Below are positions 56,320 through 64,000 of a stretch of DNA of 64,000 nucleotides, piece by piece. Under the pieces are notes generated by a model. It ran no database searches. It was given only the letters and a program-made list of their open reading frames with translations, and was not told the DNA's origin. The stretch comes from Octopus sinensis (Eukaryota), in NCBI RefSeq assembly GCF_006345805.1, contig NC_043008.1:8618001-8682000 (forward strand), written 5' to 3'. Position numbers and translations under genes: made by a program. Each line of letters starts with the position of its first letter. Within the stretch, counting starts at the first letter, position 1.

Positions 56320-57076
56320 ATTACGTATGTGTGTGTTTGCTTGTCTGTATGTGTGTGTTGTATCACACGTTCGTCGTACGATACAACGGGATAATAATAA
56401 TGTCCTTGCACATCATTCTACTCAAGATGTTGGTAATAACCGTCGACAATACCCACCTCTCGGCTTTTACACTGCTCCCAAGGTTCTCAGCGTACGTCCA
56501 TATATATTGTGGCACAGTCCATTGGGAACCAACTAATAGGGGTGCTCTACTTCCACACAACAGTATGACTATACATATGTATAAAATTGTTAATGATTAC
56601 ATATCAATTTCTCGATGTGTAATTTCATTTGTTATAATTAATGAATTGGCAACTAAGAAATATCTGTAAATATGTAATCAAGATTGCTCAGGTATTAATT
56701 TTATAGGGAAATTCCCATTTCAAATCCCACTGATGTGTTTTTCTTTTATCTTCATTTGAGGGGTTGGAAAAAATCACGACTATAATGCCATGGATGATTA
56801 AGTTGAATACTTTACGTTCTTACGTGTATGTAATGCATAAAAATATTTCTTGGTGCAAGTGTATATGTTCTTTGTCAAACTGAATCAGCGAACTCTTTTT
56901 ATTAATGTTCACTGTTGCTTACAGTTTCAATTATTCCTTTGCAACATTCTCTTTTCAGTTCAGAGTACTGAATCATCTTTTCCTCCAAGACATTGCGACA
57001 AGTCCTCTCCACCTGTTCCGATCTTTACACAGTCTTTATATCTTTTTCTCGGCTTATGTTGTGGTTGTTTTTCTTT

Positions 57077-57273
57077 TATTTGTTTCAGTCATTTGACTGG
57101 GTCGATGCTGGAGCACCGTCTTAGTCGAACAAATCGACCCCAGTACTTAAAGTTTGTAAACCTAGTAGTATTCTATCCGTCTCTTTTGCCAAACCGCTAA
57201 GTTATGGAAATGTAAACACACCAACATCTGTTGTCAAGCATTAGTGGGTAGACAAGCACAGTCACACAAACAT

Positions 57274-57318
<45 letters not shown>

Positions 57319-57468
57319 CACGACGGGCTTCTTTCAGTTTCCGTCTACCAAATCCCCTCACAAGGCTTTGGTCGGCCCGAGGCTATAGTAGAAGACTCTT
57401 TCCCAAGGTGCCGCGCAGTGGGACTGAACCCGGAACCATGTGGTTGGTAATCAAGCTTCTAACCAGCC
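57077..57468 (-). mobile_element. tRNA-derived SINE family A
   Basis: Alignment to the other copies. Confidence 0.88.
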
Positions 57469-57629
57469 AACAACTCTGTGCCTCTCTCTCTCACTCTCTC
57501 TCACTCTCACCCCCTCTTTCTCTCTCTCTATTTATATTTTTATATATATATATATATATATGCATGTATGTATATGCAAACACACACACACGCATGGCTT
57601 GACTTCTATTTTCCACTTTGCATTACAAA

Positions 57630-57675
<46 letters not shown>

Positions 57676-58974
57676 TTGTGTATGTATGTTTGCATGAATG
57701 CACTACAGGTAATCATTCATTATCGTTGATAGAGGAGTACTGAGCCTTAAGTACGGCCTAGTTTCTAGTTATTAAAAGAAATTCCTATATGTAAATGGTG
57801 TAAGATTTATGGTTTTTATTTCAGGTTTATCACGAAGTTATCAACAAATATCAACAAACACATACGCGCGCGCGTGTTGCAACACGGAGAAGGAGAGTGA
57901 AATGAGGTGGGTAAGTTGAGAGGGGAGACTAATTAATAAAGTTTTCATCGAATATAATTTTGCCAATATTAGTGATCATTTAAAAGCAATCAATTAAATG
58001 TTTCAGTTCAAAATTTACTTAAGGTATTTCAGAAGATGATTTCATAGAAACGAAATGTAAATAATAATAAAAAAGATTATAAGGGAAGAATTTGATACCT
58101 GCACCACACTGACCGTATATTCTCGCTTTCTCTAATATGAACGACACCGTATTGATGTCGCATGAACTTATGATGCGATAACGTGCATACAGGTGATTTG
58201 GTGTTCTGATAACCTTTGCTGCCTTCATCTTTCCTGCTTACGTTCGTTTCTGTATGACAAATTGGCGAGCATGATGTCCTATATTTCATTTATTTTTGCC
58301 GGTATATGTGTATGTGTGTTTGTGTGTGTATGTGTGTGTATGCGAATATCTGTGTGTATGAATGCATAATCGTGTGTGGAGGAAGAATAACTCTGAATGA
58401 GTAGAGCGTAGTTTTAAGTTAGATATTATCCACGTGAGAGTATTGAATGATAAGAAAAGGGGAGTCTACCTATGCGCCGACACCAAAGCATAGAGTGAAA
58501 TTTGAGTAGGAAGTATATCGCCAGATTAGGGACGGAATAAAGATAAGGTTTGAGGCATTAGTGACCCTAAGAGGAAAAGGATATATTGCTTGCATGGGAG
58601 AGGGTGGTAAAGAATATGGGATCTAAGTTGGGGAGATGTTTTAGATATTTGAGTGTAGGGAGAATTAATCAGTGGGGATGGGTCTATTTACTTGCATTAA
58701 TGGAAGTGTATTGAATGATTGGGCAGGCATAGTTCAAGAAAGTCGCCGGCTAGGGTGCTGGTCAAACGGCTTGCAATTGAGTGAACTGCACTGAAGCTAT
58801 GAAAGGGCTGGTGGTGTGAAAACATGTGTCTTGGAGCGTGTACAAATCCAAGAAAAAGAAGAGTACCGTCTACTGTGTATGGAATAAGCTGTGTTAGAAG
58901 AACAAGGGAAACGTAACAAGAGAAAGCAGCATGTGTGGGACTTTAGTTGTGGTAATATAAATAGTATTATCATA

Positions 58975-58997
58975 AGTAGTAGTAGTCGTAATAGTAT

Positions 58998-59031
<34 letters not shown>

Positions 59032-59032
59032 T

Positions 59033-59083
<51 letters not shown>
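58975..59083. repeat. (AGT)n microsatellite
   Basis: Read directly from the sequence; it explains the poly-L and poly-S ORFs. Confidence 0.95.
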
Positions 59084-60325
59084 CATTGGACAAATATGTT
59101 TATGTATTATCTATATATATATAATAAACACACACATATATAGGTATACACATACATTCACATTTATCAGATAATCATATGTATGTGCGTACCATCTCAG
59201 ACACTGGAGGGGACACACGCTGTATGTTTGTATGTGGAGAGTTGGGCCAGTCTGTGTCATAAGCAATCTTTGTGTTGTCGAGGATAAATGTCCATCAATT
59301 CTAACTTCGAACTTATACGTGTCAAACGCAGGGTTTTTTTTTATTTATAAGTGAGGAGATATTGTGAGTTTTCTTGTAATTTTCCTAGCGAGATACTTTT
59401 GTGACATGATAAATAAGTCCAACACTCATTTATCATTTCTATCAAAAATTTCCATCAGTATCCAATTATAGAATATGACGTTTTTCTTCTGTGTGTTCTG
59501 ACAATACTTTCAGAAAACGAGAGGCCTGGTTACTGTGCTAGCAATAGAAGCGTTTCTTAACGTTAGCCTGTTAAGAGCTGACATCAACAATAGATTATCA
59601 AATGCCAATCATACATCAAAATATCAATAGTAATTTATTATAGGATGATTATGGCATTATAGAGCAGCCATAAAGCTAATCGTACATGTGACCACCTCGA
59701 GACAACTAATTCTATTCGATAGGAACTTAATGAGATGGTTGCTAGGCATTGCGTTCTTTATATGAAGACCGTAACATAGTTTATACTCTCAGCTTTCGTA
59801 TTATTTTCTAGGATAGAAAAACGAAGAAACAGTCGACATAAAGATATTTTTATTCAATTATATCGAAATATGTTGGAAAGTATCGGAATTTGTTTTTCGA
59901 AAGCTTATTTCAACTAACCTCAACGAAGCAAGTTGAATTATATAAGTCACACAATTCTAGAATTATAGCATTTCTCATACTTGTGAGTAAAATAATAGAT
60001 TCTTATTGTGAGATATATTCCTTTAGAAATCTGATGAGAATGACGTTTTCATTTATAAAAATAATTATCTTGTTAGTTTCATGGTGAGATTGGATCATTC
60101 AGATAGAAGAACAGAAAATAATTAGTGGCAGAAATCATAGAATTTGACGCAACATTTTCATGCATGATAGTTGGACTAAAAAAAACATTGCATATATTAG
60201 GAAAACACGCAGATGAACACATGTTCATACGCACACGGACATATCAATACGCATACACATACATATATGCGCGTATTTCCAAGAAAAATCGTGTCTATGC
60301 ATGTGTCTTTAGATGTATGTACTTG

Positions 60326-62240
60326 CCATGGATCTTTTCGCGGGCGCTTGTCAGCGTGCATTGGAGCGGTTCAACTTCTCCAGGCGCCAACGCCGCCTTA
60401 ACATCTCCCCGGCTGAGCTCTTGGCTCTTCGTTCCCTCCAACGGCGCGCTGACATTATCATCAAACCGGCTGACAAGGGTGGAGCTGTAGTGGTGTGGCG
60501 CGCGGACCTCTATAGGGCCGAGGCTTTCCGCCAACTCAATGACACCTCCTTCTATCCCCTCTGCCCTCTAACCCCACACGTAGCTACCAACAGACGGTAT
60601 CCTCTACCGTCCAAGACCTCATCTCGTCCCTCCCCGTCTCCCCCGCACCGCATCCAACCTAATTGTGCGAACCCCACGTACCCCCACCATTTACTTCCTC
60701 CCCAAAATCCACAAACCCAACAACCCTGGCCGCCCCATCGTCTCCGCCTGTAACTGCCCCACGAGCTCATCTCTAAATACCTTGACCGTGTCCTTGCCCC
60801 CCTAGTGCATCTCTTCCCTCCCACATCCACGATACCAACCATACTCTCCGGCTTTTCAACTCTTTCTCCTTTCCTCCCGGCTCCTCCAAAATCCTTTTTA
60901 CTATGGACATCCAAAGCCTCTATACTGTTATCCCTCACCAAAGCCTCTATACTGTTATCCCTTCGACACTTTCTTGACCTCCGCTCTAACCCTGTACCTG
61001 ACACCTCCACACTCATTCGTCTGGCCGAACTTGTCCTTACTCTGAACTGCTTCTCGTTCGCGGGCGAGTTCTACCATCAGGTCTCGGGAGTGGCCATGGG
61101 AACGCGAATGGGCCCCAACTATGCGAACCTGTTCGTTGGCTATGTTGAGGCCCAAATATTCTCTAATTTCACTGATCCCACTCCTGAACTATATGGTCGT
61201 TATATTGACGACATTATCGGTGCCACCTCACTCTCCGCGAACATCTAGATTCCTTCCTCTCTTTCGTCCAATCTTTCCATCCAGCCCTCCACTTCACTTC
61301 CACTATCTCCAACACCTCTGTCTCCTTCCTCGACATTTCGGTTAGCATTCTTCACTCCACTCTTACCACCTCCATTCACTACAAAAACACACAGACTCAC
61401 ACTCATACCTCAACTTCTCTTCCTCCCACCCAGAACACACCATGCTTTCCATCCCCTATTCCCAATTCCTCCGTCTACGTAGGCTCTGTAGTGACGACCA
61501 TGACTTTGAGACTCAGTCTCAACGTATGGCTCACCACTTCACCCTACGTGGATACCCCCTCACCACTATCCACACCGCCCTTGCCAGAGCACGGTCCGTG
61601 GACCGTGTATCTGCTCTCTCTCCCCGAACCCGCCCTGTAGTTCTCCCGCCTCCCTTTTCCCCTCACTTACCACCCCACGACCCTACGTCTCCAACGCACC
61701 ATTCTTCGAGCTTTCCGTCATCTCCAGTCCGACCCGTCCACTTCACACCTCTTCCCTAACCGACCCCTCCCCTCTTTCAAACGAGCCCACAACCTTCGAG
61801 ACCTTTTGGTCCATAGCTCCTTCCCTGACCCTACCTCCCAACCCGGCTCGTTCCCCTGCTCCCGCCCACGTTGCCGCACTTGCCCATACCTCTCCAACAC
61901 CACCCGCCTCACTAGCACCCACCATCGACCCTATCCCATCATCCACTCCTTCACCTGCACCTCCAGCAATATTATCTATTGCATCTCTTGCTCTCTCTGC
62001 AATTCCTTGTACATCGGACAAACGGGACGCCGCTTGGCTGACCGGTTCGCGGAACACCTTCGTGACATCCACCTTGCGAACGACACACCGGTCTCACGCC
62101 ATTTCCGCTCCACCGGTCACTCCTTGCAACATCTATCTGTGTTCGGTTTGTCCTTACACAGAGGCCATCCGGATTCCCGTTTGCGCCGTGAACAAGAATT
62201 AATCTTCTCTCTTCGCTATTATACGCCATTTGGTCTCAAC
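60326..62240 (+). mobile_element. 5'-truncated, frameshifted Penelope-like element (RT plus GIY-YIG endonuclease; Cys-rich linker suggests Neptune type)
   Basis: IIIKPADKGGAVVVW; PKIHKPNNPGRPIVS; MDIQSLYTVIP; GVAMGTRMGPNYANLF; RYIDD at 61198-61212; SIPYSQFLRLRRLCS; PCSRPRCRTCPY; NIIYCISCSLCNSLYIGQTGRRLADRFAEH...GLN. Confidence 0.95.
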
Positions 62241-62555
62241 TCCCCCCCTCCTCATCTAATCCCCTCTCCCCCCTCCCCACCTATCCTTTCTCCCCCCGAC
62301 CCCTACTTCTTCAGTCCTTCATCCTTTCACCCCTACTCCCCTTCCCTTCTTCCCTCTTTCTCCCTCCCTCTTCCCCTTCCCTCTGCTCCCTCACTCCCTC
62401 TTCCCCCTTCTCCCTCTTTCCTCCTTCATCCCCCTCCTCCCTCCTTCTCCCCCATCTTCTCTCCTCTTCCCCCTTCTCCCCCTCTTCTTCCCCTCCCCTT
62501 CTCTCCCCCCTCTTCTCCCTCTTCTCCCCCTCCCCCTCTTCTCCTCACTACCACA
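62241..62555 (+). repeat. Almost pure C/T low-complexity tract following the PLE ORF
   Basis: Direct reading; it produces the artefactual Pro/Ser/Leu tail of ORF 61806..62558. Confidence 0.9.
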
Positions 62556-62624
62556 TGACTTTACACATCACATCACATATGATGTGCCATACTAATACAC
62601 ACACCAACTAATACATACTAATAC

Positions 62625-62925
62625 GTACTAATACATACTAGTACATACTAATACTTACACCAACCCTATACATACACACGTCCAGACCCCGCATACGCAC
62701 TTATACTCTCTCACACACACACACACATACCTATACATACCAATACGTACTAATACATACTAATACATACTAATACATACACCAACCCCATACATACGCA
62801 CGTCCAGACCACTCTTACGCACTAATACTCTCTCATACACACACACCACACACACCACACACACCCTTATACATACTAATACATACACCAACCCTATACA
62901 TACACACATCCAGACCCCTCCCAGG
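62625..62925 (+). repeat. About 115-bp degenerate tandem unit, 3 copies, in the putative PLE 3' region
   Basis: CATACTAATAC.TACAC(C)AACCC.ATACATAC.CAC.TCCAGACC recurs near 62645, 62765 and 62875. Confidence 0.75.
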
Positions 62926-63026
62926 CACTTTTAACTGGTCCCTCAACCCTTTTATCAACCCTATATCTCCCCTTATTTCGCTCTCGCGTCTCATGTTTGA
63001 TCTTTGACCTCTGACCGAAATCAGAT

Positions 63027-63236
63027 CGCCATGTTGATTCGTTAGCTACTGCACGCATTTTTTTTCTCTCCTTCTTTCTGTGTTTTTCTCTCTCTGTGTA
63101 TCTTTCTGTTGAAGAGCGTAGGCTCGAAACGTTAAAGACTTGTTTTATTTATATTTCCTGAGCGCCATACTAATACATTGTTCGTTTGTTTTCCACCTGA
63201 CTTCTTCTTTTGTTTATTTTCATAAAGCTTCCCGTT
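63027..63236 (+). mobile_element. About 210-bp non-coding element with a minimal hammerhead motif (63101-63138), directly downstream of the PLE
   Basis: TCTTT-CTGTTGA-A-GAGC-GTAG-GCTC-GAAA-CG-TT^-AAAGA. It has the same 5' start (CGCCATGTTGA) and 3' end (TTCCCGTT then TA-rich array) as 51344-51545. Confidence 0.8.
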
Positions 63237-64000
63237 AATATATATAATTAATATATATATAAATATATATATATATATTTATATTATATATATAGGAGAG
63301 AGAGAGAGAGAGATGTATGTACACAAATATAAATACAACATATGTGTATAAATAGACGAATGTATAATATATATATACATATATATATTATGCATATGCA
63401 TATACATACATATACACAAAAACACACATATGTAAATATATATGAAAGGAAACACATGCACACACACACATACATATATTATATATAATATATATAAATA
63501 CATATATATATATAATTCTTGTATTTATGCACGTACATACACTCACACACACGCACACACACTCATACACTGATGTATATATATATATCTATTATTGATA
63601 GAAATGGTAAGACAACAAAAGAATGAAAGAGAGCTCGATATTATGTAAATAGAGGAATTTATCTGTAAACATAATATGTGACAATTATTCGGTAGCCATG
63701 CTAAAACTCCAAGTTTCGGATGTTTGGGTGGAAGCCCACGTCGGCATGTTTACAGTTATCGGGCCATCGAAAAACATGCTATGAAAATGACCGTTAAAAC
63801 ATATTCAAAGAAAGAAAATGGACAACAATGCATGTATGAATAATTTATTAGTATGATATAAAGATGTTGATAGTTTTTAAAGAACATAACAATACAAATA
63901 AATTATAAGTTGTAACGCTAAAAAAAAACGGGAAATATGAAAGAACCTACATATATGTTTCAGCTCTAGTCCCTAGTTGATATGCAATTCTAATCATTTG

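Noticed and set aside
61806-62558. 250-aa ORF with a proline-rich C-terminus as a novel fusion protein
   Set aside because: The N-terminal part is the PLE GIY-YIG domain and the tail is read-through into a C/T low-complexity tract.
63695-63750. Hammerhead-like CCGACG...CCGAAACTTGGAGTTT on the minus strand
   Set aside because: The core is mutated (CCGACGT) and stem I does not pair. It may be a decayed copy but cannot be supported from this window.

Overview
AT-rich (visually about one-third GC), microsatellite-saturated metazoan genomic DNA. Composition and repeat content are consistent with a coleoid cephalopod, probably Octopus (inference, not verified). No host protein-coding gene could be identified: most ORFs in the track are translations of (TA)n/(CA)n/(GATA)n arrays, and only a few short splice-bounded exon candidates remain. 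The window is dominated by mobile DNA. It holds a 5'-truncated Penelope-like element (RT plus GIY-YIG) at 60.3-62.2 kb and a 5'-truncated R4/Dong-type restriction-like-endonuclease LINE sitting in a (TAA)n array. There is also a second RLE-LINE remnant, RTE and CR1/L2 3' ends, Tc1 and mariner transposase relics, and three tRNA-derived SINE families. The most interesting signal is a set of short non-coding elements from several unrelated sequence families, most ending at microsatellites. Each carries a minimal type I hammerhead ribozyme fold with covarying stems and a palindromic stem III that could only form in a dimer, and one family shares a non-canonical core (CUGUYGA). Also present are a near-perfect 174-bp palindrome, a 250-bp foldback element and local duplications and inversions.
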